A stretch of DNA of 64,000 bases from Camelus ferus (taxonomy: Eukaryota). Numbering within the stretch: the first letter of the stretch is position 1; each line of letters opens with the position of its first letter. The position numbers and the translations under genes were made by a program. Shown here piece by piece: positions 35,039 to 64,000 of this stretch. The notes below the pieces were generated by a model. It was not told the origin of the DNA, did not search any database, and saw nothing but the letters and a program-made list of their open reading frames with translations. The stretch spans positions 98,208,001-98,272,000 of the forward strand of contig NC_045698.1 in assembly GCF_009834535.1 (NCBI RefSeq), written 5' to 3'.

Positions 35039-37267
35039 TCACTGCTGAACCATTGTACCTGCCTCAGCCCCAAAAGACCGCAGGAGGCTGGCCCCAGACT
35101 CACTCAGTGCCTCCAGCAGCTGTGCAGACACAGCCTCCTTGGCCACCTCATGCCCATCCTGCCCATCCCGGGCAAGCACAACCCAGATGAGGCCACTGAA
35201 GGGCACTGGATGCCCAGGGATCACCACCTGGTACCAGAAGCGGTGCCAGCCAGCAAAGCCTGTGCCCAAACACTTGGTGAGGAACACCGGGCTACCCAGG
35301 TTCATCTGTTGGCACATCAGCTGCAGGGTAGCCTGAGCCCCTTGGAACTCTAGCTTGTCCCCGGCTAGGGCCAATTGACTGCTCTCTGGCTGTAGGCACC
35401 GCAGTGAGGGACCAACGAGCTGCTGACGGAGTCGCTGCTTCAGGTCTGGCTTGAGCCACTCCACAGCCACCTGCTCTCCACAGAGGCGTGACTGCCCTGC
35501 AGGAAAAAAGGTAGAGATAGGGCAGGTCTAAGCCCTGGGCCCAAGCCCCCAGGCCCTGTGAGTCCTCTGGAGTCACAAAGGCCTGTTCAATATCTAACCT
35601 CCCCATTTCCTGACAGTGTGACTTCAGGCAAGTTAAATAACTTCTCCAGGCTTCATTGTGTTTATTTACAAAGTGGGTGTAATAACTGCTATCTTCTGAG
35701 TGTCCTTGGAGAACTGGTTGATGCAGGCTTTGTCTATCTCATAACCATCACAATAGCTAACCTTTACCATGAATACTTGCCAAAAAGTAGAGAATGTGTT
35801 AAGTGCTGCTGAATTCTCATAACAGTCTGAGAAAGCAGGTTCTATAGAGGATAAAAGGTAGGCATAGTTGGATAGCCTTGGGCGGGTCGATTTTTCTTAA
35901 CACAGTCCCCTCATATCTAAAGAGGAACATCATTCTGTTCCATTGGAATGTGGAGAATTTAGCCAGGAGATAATGCTTGTGAAGTGTTAGGTATAGGTAA
36001 GCAGTAGTTGACAGCGTCAGTGGAAATTTAAAAGCCTTTGGTCAAATAGTTTATGTCGGAAACTCAGGCGGGTCGGTCTCGAGACTTTAACCCGCTGTGC
36101 TGACAGGTACAGGTAAAGTGCCCGGCAGAACGGGTTTGGCCCCAACCAGCGCCCCCCCCCCCCGCAGTCTCCACCCCTACCTTCCACTAGAGCCTTTTTG
36201 GCCATGGCTGCGGCGCGGTGCGAGCTGAACTTGAGCAGCGCGATTTGCGCGGGCGCCGGCCCGGGGCTGGGCAGCAACAGCGCCTCCTGCAGGCCAGGGC
36301 CCAGGGGCTGCAGCGCGAGCAGTAGCGCGTGGCGGCTCAGACCCGGCGGCAGCCGGTCCACGCTCAGCTCGCACTTCTCGGTGCTTCGGCACACGAGCAG
36401 CTGGCAGGACGGCCGCAGCGGGTGGTTGTGCAGCGTGGCGATGGCCGCCTGGGCGCCGCGCCGCGAGCTGTAGCGGGCGTAAGCGAAGCCGCGGTTAAGG
36501 CCGCTGAAGGTCATCATCAGGCGAAATTCGTAGAGGCGGCCCACACGCTGGAACAGTGGGATCAGCTGGTGCTCGTACACATCCTGGGGTAGCCGCCCGA
36601 TAAACACCTCTGACCCGGCTGGCGGCGGGCTGCCCACCCATCCTGGGAGGAGGGGATGGGGAGGGGGAACCGTCATCCACCCGGATGGTTCCGGGTTCGG
36701 GGCCCAGGGACCCAGCGCGAGAAGGGCTATGTATGCAAAAGTCTGTGAAATGGGTACACCGTACTCCGCCGGATCGCCGGCATAATTGGGTGGCTGATCT
36801 AAAATCAAGACTGGCACCTTAAGACTGGCTCCGTCCTCGACGGCGCGGGAGGGTGGGAAGCCACAGAGAAGTTTCATCTGCTTGGGGGCGGGGGTAACGA
36901 GTAGTTAGGGGTTTCTGACTGTGTAGCCTCGGGGTAGGCGCCCCCTCCCCCCAAATGCGGCGGGTTGGGGCCGTCGAGGCCGGCGTAGCCCCCCAGCNNN
37001 NNNNNNNNNNNNNNNNNNNNNNNNNNNNNNNNNNNNNNNNNNNNNNNNNNNNNNNNNNNNNNNNNNNNNNNNNNNNNNNNNNNNNNNNNNNNNNNNNNNN
37101 NNNNNNNNNNNNNNNNNNNNNNNNNNNNNNNNNNNNNNNNNNNNNGGGGGAAAGGGCAGGTTGGAGTCGCGGATTGCCGCGACCACCCCCACCTCCCCTG
37201 TGATGCCGAGGGCTCATCGACCCCCTGGTAGCCAACCACTTACCTCACACTCCCGCTTGGACTGCAT
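35039..37267 (-). CDS. DND1: Dead end protein homolog 1 (germ-cell RRM protein), ~353 aa; exon 2 hidden in an N-block
   Basis: complement(join(35039..35496,36181..36642,[exon 2 within N 36998-37145],37244..37267)). MQSKRECE | ... | [58 protein letters not shown] (RRM1) ... [10 protein letters not shown]. Confidence 0.93.
36998..37145. other. N-block covering the expected DND1 exon 2
   Basis: On the minus strand a polypyrimidine tract (CTGCCCTTTCCCCC) runs straight into the Ns. Exon 1 ends in phase 0 and exon 3 starts in phase 1, so an exon of length 1 mod 3 is needed. Confidence 0.85.
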
Positions 37268-37570
37268 GGCTCTCCCGCTGGCTTCCTCGTACCCCCTTTA
37301 TAACCTCCTCCCTGTCTGCCTATCTGGAAGCTTCCCTACCCCTCCACCCCCCCAAGCTCTCATTGGCTCTGAGCAAGACCCCGCCTCCCAAGGGGGCGGA
37401 GGTATCCACCGCACGTGCGCCTCGGGAACCTCCGACAGTCAGGTGAAAGCTAGAGACCCTAGCAGATGGGTCTGCGGCAGCCCCACCACCGAAAACATGG
37501 CTCGCAAACTGGCAGGATGGACGGGCGGCGAGAACGTCAGGGCCCCTTCAGCCGGCGGAGGAGCCCGTGG
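37268..37570 (-). promoter_or_regulatory. DND1 promoter region
   Basis: TATA-like TATAAA (minus 37297-37302), CCAAT (minus ~37362-37366), GC box ~37392-37399, E-box CACGTG 37412-37417 and E2F6-like TCTCCCGC 37271-37278. Confidence 0.55.
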
Positions 37571-38028
37571 GGGCTACTGTAAGTCTCTCTCCTCATTTTC
37601 CACGGCTGAAGTGGTCGCAGTGGGAGGCCCAGGTTCTGAGAGGGAAGGCAGGGCTAGGCAATAGTGACACAGGCAGGCTCCAGTGGTTGAGGCATTTTAT
37701 TGGACCTTTGGCGGCTGGTGGTGGGGAACGTTCCTTCCTTCTGGTGTAGGGCCCTGCAGAGGAGACCATCTCGGACTGGTCCGTGTAGCTCAGGAACACA
37801 GGCAACTAAGCCCCCAGGGCCTCATGTGGAAAATGGTGTAGTACCTGGCCATTTTTGCCTGTGATTACCAATAAAATAATCATAATAAAAATTAAAAAGT
37901 CTCTGTTCCGACCACTTTAGGTCTTCCTGCTGGAACAGAAATGTGCAAAGCTGTTGAAGTACATATGCAGAGTTTTGTCTTAGCCTTAAATAATGCCAGT
38001 CCCACTTTCCTCTGGTCCTCTGCTCAAC

Positions 38029-56581
<18,553 letters not shown>

Positions 56582-57949
56582 TCCTTGCCTGAATGCCATC
56601 TGCTGCTCTTTGTAAAAAAGGTTTCATCGACCACTGAGTTCTTGATGGACTTTACAACTGCTGGCCAGGATGGGTGACAAGTGCCTCTGCATCCTCCATC
56701 CTTCCTGGGCACAGAACTGTAGAAGTCCCTGAGGACTCCTGGGCTAGTGTGAGCAGCTATACTGCATGGGCGCAGATGGCTGGTATGTGAAAGAGACATG
56801 CTCTAATTGAAGAGTGGATTTGAAATGCCATTGAATGCTGCCAACAGGTGCTGAGTTGATTGCTGTGAACAAGTCTCTGGGAAAGTTGAGAGGATTCTGA
56901 ACTATTGAGATCAGAAGTCAAATACTTAGCCTTCCATTCTGGCTTCTGAACCAGATTTTGGGGAGTTTGTTCACAGTCTGCCCTTGACCTGTCCAGGGAG
57001 TTTTTGGGAGACAGTGAGGAGAGGCAATGACTACTTTCTGTTTTGTTTGAGGACAGGGATGCTATTCCAATGGCATAGCAGTGCCCAAATTCATGTGGCA
57101 TCTTTCTAGCCTATCCACTGTTAATAATAGCAGGGTGAGGCTGTCTGTTTAATAATCTTGAATATTGAACTTAATAGGTGACCTCACAAGATGGAAATCT
57201 GACCTTTTGAGATTTTGGAGACCATTACCTGTGCCAGAATCACTGCTCTGACTATTCCATGTCCTGCTGTGGAGGTGGCTGTTCTAGAAGTGGTTGTATA
57301 ATTTATTAAATAAAATACTAAATGTAGTAGTTTGGGTAATCTGTCATCAAGGGATTGGCTTGCATAGGCCATAGAAAATGTACACTGGAGGATTCTGTGA
57401 GCTAGAAGTAACCTCCCTGGTGTGATGCTTCTGTATTTAGTGAAGGGATCAGCCACAGTTCCGCCTCTCCCCAACTTGGAGATACAGTCATGTCACTAAA
57501 TCAGTATATAGTGAGGCATCTTTTAGAATTCTTCACCCTAGAGCGTTGCTGGAGGCTGGCCTTCCCAAGTTGATCATGTTGATGAAATTGTGCCCTATAG
57601 ATTGAATGACTGTAATGTTTCTCAGTTGAAGGAAAAGTGAGTTAACCAAAGGGTAATAGCTTCAAGATAAAGAGACAAAATGCAAAAAGCGCTTTCTGTA
57701 AGTGCGTTGGTAAGGTTGCAGCCATTCCAAACACTTGGGTGCAATGGGGCCATATCTATAGTGCATACAGGGAAATGAAGCATCTAGAGCCCCTAATAAC
57801 AGCACTTTGGCCTGAAAGGAGGTTTGGAAACTCTTGGCATCTCACGCAAGTTGATTAGACCAGATCAGAAAGCACTGATCTGAACCTTATTTTCCTCTTT
57901 TGTGAAATAGAAGAGTTGAGTATATGGTTGTTTTGAAAGCCAGGGTAGA

Positions 57950-58180
57950 AAAACGCTTGCAGGCGCCCTTACTTCCGTGTTGCTTCATACTCTCTTTGCG
58001 CATGCGCCATTTCCTTGGAGCAGAGGTGGGGCCGACAATCCGGTTTTAGGAGCCCTCCAGTCCTTAGCTCGTTTAGAACGCGAGACTCTAAGCTTATTGG
58101 AGGCCAGCTTGCTTTACGGCTCAAGGCCGCTTTTTACGGCATTTTCCGGCTTCCCATTCACTTCGCAGTGAAGATGGCGT
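57950..58180 (+). promoter_or_regulatory. ZMAT2 promoter with ETS, NRF1 and YY1 motifs
   Basis: ACTTCCG 57971-57977, TGCGCATGCGC 57997-58007, CGCCATTT 58005-58012, and AAGATGGCG 58171-58179 overlapping the start codon. Confidence 0.7.
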
Positions 58181-61100
58181 CCGGCAGCGGGGTAGGTGTT
58201 GTGTGTGAGCAGGAGGTTTAGGGTGGGGGGTTGAGGGGGTTTCTCCGCCCTGAATATCCTGTGCCGGACTGAGTCCTGACACCTCCTCGCGGTCTAATGG
58301 CCCCGGTTCAAGAGCTGCCCCGTAAGGCCTTGGCACAGGGTCAGTGGAATCGGGGAGGTCTCTGGTTGGGGTCCTGAGGCAACCTCAGCCTCCTGGTGCT
58401 GCCCGGAGAGGTTTCCCTCTCCCAGGTCCCCAGGCCGCTTTGGCATTGAGGACGCGGCTCCTGCCGTTTTTCCAGGGGTCAGACACGATTAGCGACGAAT
58501 CTTGAGCACCTTTTCCCCACAGACAAAAAACTTGGACTTTCGCCGAAAGTGGGACAAAGATGAGTATGAGAAGCTCGCCGAGAAGAGGCTCACGGAAGAG
58601 AGAGAAAAGAAGGATGGTGGGTGTCTGCTCTATCAAGTGCTAAGTGTGTTGTAGAGGATGCAATGGCTGGAGAGTGTGGGTGGGGAGTTGAAATGCGCTG
58701 TCCCCCAAACCTTTGTAACCTCTGGCAGAGCATTGCCTCCCTAATCTTCGATTTCTTCAGGTATGAGAGCAAGGAGATGAACTGAAGTAGTTTTGAGGTG
58801 CTTTCCAGTTCTGTGGTTCTCTGCTTCCTTGCCCTCCCTTTGCTTGGTTCATTTAGTACTTTCCCCAAGTACGGAGAAGGGAGTGGAATCGTTAGTAGTG
58901 ACAGAGAAGTCAAGTGGTGTGATTTGCTAATGTGTATTACTGCTATTGAAGAGCTTCTCTTTCCTTCGTCAGGGAACATGGGATTATTTCAGTTTCTGCT
59001 TAGTTCTGTTTTCTGTGCCTTACATAATGTCAGGGAAACGGTGCTCCTCTCCTAAATAGAGGTTCCACTATACGAAAAGGAATGTCTTATTTTCTTACGT
59101 GTTTTCAAATTTGTCCATTCTTCTTCTACTTTACTTCAACACTGCCATGCATACATTAATCCTTTTAGTTTTCATGTAATTTGTACAATAGTGTTCGGCG
59201 TGTAACAGATATCTATTTACTAAATGTTGATACCCCTTTAAAAATTTTCCCTAGCTCTCAGAACACTCCTTTCTGTGTTATGCTTGGTGTATCTGTTTGA
59301 AAGCATTACTGAGTGGTCTTGCTCTTCTTTTAAAAGGTGGCTTTTTGTGAAAATGTAGAAGTGCTCCTTTCAGTTCAATTAATTCATGATTAAAAGAACA
59401 TTGCTTTTAGGCTTGTTAGCTTTAAAATGGAGAAAAGATGTAGAGAGTTAAGCATTGCTAATCATTTTTCCTGTGTTGAGATTCTCCCTAGCTGCTTCTA
59501 GAAGTGCCCATTGTGTCCCTTGCTTCAGGTTTCAAAAAAGAGATGAAAATAGACCTCTGAATTTTGTGTTTCATGCATTTCTTTTCCTTTCTGATTAAAG
59601 AACACTAATAAAGAAGGGACTTCTTTCCCCATTATATTTCAGGAAAACCAGTGCAGCCAGTCAAGCGGGAGCTTCTCCGGCATAGGGACTACAAGGTGGA
59701 CCTGGAATCCAAACTCGGGAAGACAATTGTCATTACCAAGACCACCCCACAATCTGAGATGGGAGGGTGAGTGGCTTTTTATCTTTCTCTGCAACCAAGA
59801 CTAAGTCTAATAAACTATCTGTGGGTTTTAGGAAGTGTTGAGCAATGTCCTTGGCCCCAGAATAACAGCCTTGTTTCCTATAATTCCATCTTTTGTCCTC
59901 TGAGGTCTCATGTTAGCATAATAATGTCTCTACGAGGGGTCACTCTATAGGTTTCTTCTTTAGCACTATAGCTATTTCTTAATATCTTAAAAAGGATTGT
60001 TTGTTCTCCTGCCAGAGGAAGAAATGAAGCAATGGACTACTGAGGCGATTTCTAGGGAAGAAATTAGGTGAAGCTACAGTGGAGCCCATGAGCAGCTGAG
60101 AGTGAATAAAGGGGGTTGAGCTTCCAGACTGGTGCAATGGTTGTAGTTTTTATGGATTTCCTGGTTGTGCACATTGTTCTGAGACCAAGACTATAACCTT
60201 TAGGAAGAAGGGTCCCCACAAGAACTCTTCATCTTTTTGCCCACAACTACTTTTCTGTCCAGTTAGGTTTTTCAGCAGAAGGATAACACAGATAGCAATG
60301 AATGACACTTTTCTGAGCTGCTTAGTAAACCCACTGTTGTCATTCCTCTTTGTGTTAGTTATCTATTGCTATATGAAATAATACATTAACCCAAAATTTA
60401 GCAGCATGAAACAACAGATAGCTCATAATATCTGTGGGTAAGGAATCTGGGAAAGGTATGCCTAGGTGGTTCTGGCTCAGGGTCTGTAACAAAGCTGCCA
60501 TTGAGGTATCAGCTGGGTCTGCATTCCTCTGAGGTATAAGTGAGGCTGGAGGATCTGTTTCCAAGCTCTCTTACGTGGCTTTAGTTTGGAGGCCTCACTT
60601 CTGTGCTCCATGGGCCACTTCATAGTGTTATTCACAACAGAGCAAGTGGCTTCCCCAGAGCAAGCAATCCAAATGCACAGACTAAGACAGAGCCACATGT
60701 TCTTTTTTTTAGTAACCTAATCTTGAAAGTGAAATAACATCGTTTTTAACATATTCTGTTGATCACACAGACTAACCCTGGTACAAATGGGGAAGGGCTA
60801 TACAGTGTAGGAATACTGGGAGGGTGGGATCATTGTGGGGGCTATGTTGGAAGTTGGCAGTGAGAATTGTCTCTTTCTTCTAAAAAGAACTCTTACCTAA
60901 AAATATGAGATTCTTGGTTGAAAAATGATAAAATCCTTACAACCAGATTTGACCCTAGTGCTGTTTCTTTCTGTTTGCTAGATATTACTGCAATGTCTGT
61001 GACTGTGTGGTGAAAGACTCTATCAACTTCCTGGATCACATTAATGGAAAGAAACGTAAGGCTTGGAGGTAGTTTGTTACTGGGTCTGAGATTGGGTTTT

Positions 61101-62494
61101 GGAGGTGTGGTGGGGGAAAGGGTAGTTTCTGTTGGCCTCTTTTTTTAATGTGGGGAATTCTCTAGTTGCTTCAGTACAGGCCATACTTTACTTCATTATT
61201 TAATATTCCTGAAGTCCATGAGGTGAGAGTTTGTTCTAGACTCTCACCAAGCCTAATTCATGGTCTTCTCCTGGGCCCACCTGTCCCCACTGGTGTCCAT
61301 CTGCTCAGTAAGGGCAGTTGAAAGCCATTTATGTCTTGTTACCTGGGGCTGCTGCCATGGGAGTTTTTTTTTAGCCCAAATTATTTTTACTGAGTGTTTT
61401 ATGAAATTTTTTTTAATGTCTGGAAAAGACTTTTTGAGGGGATTAGGATGTTGTAACGACCTTACCTTCTTAATTTTTGACCCCACCTAGATCAGCGAAA
61501 CCTAGGCATGTCTATGCGTGTGGAACGTTCCACCTTGGATCAGGTAAAGAAACGCTTTGAAGTCAACAAGAAGAAGATGGAAGAGAAGCAGAAAGATTAT
61601 GATTTTGAGGAAAGGATGAAGGAGCTCAGAGAAGAGGTATGCTCTACTATCCTTCTCTCTCCACTCCCCAGCTTTGAATTTTATGTTATGAATCATGGGA
61701 AGGCTTTTTTCCTCATTCTATTCCCACCCCAAAAGGAGAGTTTTATCTCCTGAATTTCTGTTTATTAAGGGAAACGTTTATTGCCCTTGTTTGAGACTCT
61801 CATGATCTGAAGGAAATGGCTCTAAAGCTATCTTTTTTTTCTGGACTCTCTAGGCGATAGATATATATTTTTAAACTATAGGAGCAACTAACTAAGTGCA
61901 CCTAGTCCCCAGTAGGCCTGTGGAACCAGGCTGACTGGGTCAGAATTCTGTTTCCTCCACTTACTAGCTGTGAATCTTGGGCAAGCTATATAAACTTTCT
62001 GTGCCTCCATTTTCCCGTATAGAGACCTTCGTATATAATATACATAAAGCCTTTAGACCAGTTCCTAGCTTGTACTGTATGCCCCAGACTGCTAGTTCTC
62101 ATTATATGGCTTTGCTTCCATCACCTTAAGAACTAGAGATGAACTGGGATGTTGGATTGAGAAGTGCTCTCCACAGGCTCAAACTTCTCTTTCTTGTCCC
62201 TTATAATCTTTACCATGGCTTTTCCTCTGCTCTTGAAATTTTACTTTGTGTTTAATTATTTTCTTCTAAAGATGACAAGTAAGCTACCTGTCTCTTTCAA
62301 CAACATTTGGCTCAGGATTCTGAACTGATTCTGAGTGATTTCCCCTCTAGGAGGAAAAGGCCAAAGCCTACAAGAAAGAGAAACAGAAGGAGAAGAAAAG
62401 GAGGGCTGAGGAGGACTTGACATTTGAGGAGGATGATGAAATGGCAGCTGTGATGGGCTTCTCTGGTTTTGGTTCCACCAAGAAGAGTTACTGA
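58174..62494 (+). CDS. ZMAT2: Zinc finger matrin-type protein 2 (Snu23 homolog), 199 aa
   Basis: join(58174..58191,58523..58616,59643..59766,60982..61055,61491..61636,62351..62494) = 600 nt. [22 protein letters not shown]...[35 protein letters not shown]...[13 protein letters not shown]. Confidence 0.97.
60351..60860 (-). mobile_element. MaLR LTR (MLT1-type) in ZMAT2 intron 3
   Basis: TGTGTTAGTTATCTATTGCT...CCAAAATTTAGCAGCATGAAACAACA...TCTGTGGGTAAGGAATCTGGG is the reverse-strand MLT1 signature. Confidence 0.7.
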
Positions 62495-62727
62495 GGCTTT
62501 CTATGCCTGGCTTTTTGCTGGGCCTAACTTTGTGTGTGTGGGCATCATTTTTTGGGAGGTACTTGGGAAATTCTTAAGAGTGGCAATGGGGAGGGCTAGA
62601 GGGTGGGTGTTTGTGGTTGCCCTCTGCCTTGGGAGAGAGCACAGGATGCAGAGGAATCCTCTGTGGCATATTCCTTCAGCCTCAGTATATCACTGGAGTC
62701 ACAGGACCTCTGACCATCCAAGTTCCC

Positions 62728-63374
62728 AATAAAGAAAAACCTCCTCTTCTGAGGCTGCTTTCCTGAAACTCTCCCTGCATCTTTCCCCCTCTCTTCATCT
62801 CTTCATTCTCTTATCTGAACACCCTACATTTATCCTGTGTTCTGCCTTTGTTTTAATTTTGACTCTTGTTTAGCCTACAGCAGAAAGGTTCTCTGGGTCC
62901 CCACTTTCCAGTTGATAACATATCCTTGACTGACCCCTGCTTTCCCCATTCTCCCCTCACTTCCCACCTCCCCCGCCGTGGTTCTCTGGCCACTGTGCAT
63001 GCATGTGTACCTCTGCCTGGGTCAGTGGTGTGTGCAGGTGTGTGTGCATGAATCTGTCACATAGAGGGAGCCTGAGCAAGAGCCTCAGAGCATTGCTGCC
63101 TTGGAGCCTGGTTATCTCGGCTTCCTCAGAGCATGTAACAGGAAATTAAATGGGATGAGTGTTTGGTGTGGTATTTGTCTGCTGAGTTTTTTAACCTTTG
63201 TTCTTCATATGTAGACTGTTCACCTTTTCCTGTTTGTTTCATTTTATTGAGGATTGTTTTTGTCTTCCTTGTAAGCAGGCTCTTGGAAGAACCTGTTTGA
63301 TGCAAAAAAGAAAAAGGAGAAAACCTCATATGGGAGCCCTTGGGTCTCAGAGGCTGTTCAACATGTATAATAAA
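62728..63374 (+). terminator. Two candidate ZMAT2 poly(A) signals
   Basis: AATAAA at 62728-62733 and 63369-63374; the distal one is followed by U/GU-rich sequence. Confidence 0.55.
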
Positions 63375-63673
63375 TGGCATTGACTGGGCCTATTTCATAT
63401 TTGGTGGGAACATTCCATATTCTTCCCTGTGTATTGTTTTTTCTTTCCCACACTTACTCTTTTGAAATTGTCCCTTCATTTGAGCCCTGTCACTTTTTTT
63501 TCTAGGTTCCTTCAACATGAGTTCTATTTTCCTCTGATGGGATCTGTGTCTGGAGGAGTCTGAACAAAACTTTTCCTGTAATTTTAGCCTCCTTTAATCT
63601 TTTATTTTTGGAATAGCAGAGCTCAGGGCTGAAAACTTAGTGTTTTCCTTACTATCTGCAGTTAGGCTAGGCA

Positions 63674-63890
63674 CAGGGTTACTCAGTTTTTGCACTGTTG
63701 ACATTTTGGACTGGATAATTCTTTGTTGTGGGGGCTCCCTTGTGCATTGCAGGAGGTTTAGAGTATCCCTAGCCTCTGCTTGCTAGATGCTAGCAGCATC
63801 TCCTCTCCAAGTTGGGACAACTAAGGATATCAGTGTATCCCAGAGTGGGGTGGGGCAGAATTCCTCCTCCCAGCCCAACTGAGAGCCTTT
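63674..63890. mobile_element. MER20-like hAT MITE
   Basis: CACTGTTGACATTTTGGACTGGATAATTCTTTGTTGTGGGGG...GTGCATTGCAGGAGGTTTAG...CTAGATGCTAGCAGCA. Confidence 0.7.
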
Positions 63891-64000
63891 GAGAAGCTGC
63901 CTTCCCTTTGGTCTAATTTGAGAATTAGATAGCACAGACTGGTTAATAACTAAGCCAAAACAACTTTGATATTCCCTGGGTCAGGTACTGTGCCAGGTCC

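Noticed and set aside
36643-36877. Intronic ATG in frame with DND1 exon 3 (286-aa ORF)
   Set aside because: GC-rich intron read-through. The true exon 1 (MQSKRECE) with a perfect donor is visible, and the CAG before this ATG would be out of phase for exon 2.
63400-64000. Vault RNA gene(s), which lie downstream of ZMAT2 in human
   Set aside because: No GGCTGGCTTTAGCTCAGCGG-like sequence was seen; they probably lie beyond the window.

Overview
Mammalian genomic DNA: the conserved, gene-dense CD14-TMCO6-NDUFA2-IK-WDR55-DND1-HARS1-HARS2-ZMAT2 cluster. It is probably from a camelid, judged from the tRNA-derived SINE (GGGGAGGGTATAGCTCAG..., Vic-1-like) and an artiodactyl-like CD14; the species call is inference. 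I traced nine protein-coding genes exon by exon from splice sites and reading phase. The first ~4.5 kb is nested L1/SINE/LTR debris. Five N-blocks are present; two sit exactly where IK exon 6 and DND1 exon 2 must lie. Notable points: a +1 frameshift in WDR55 exon 6 (error or real allele); a full-length sense RPL34 retrocopy with TSDs 34 nt upstream of a TMCO6 acceptor; three minor-spliceosome (U12) introns (IK AT-AC, HARS1 and HARS2 GT-AG); two convergent gene pairs with interlocking poly(A) signals; two head-to-head promoters; a solo LTR with a perfect 6-bp TSD splitting a SINE; and a fold-back LTR pair in IK intron 2. I found no wholly new gene system. The findings are lineage-specific insertions and regulatory hypotheses in a well-known locus.
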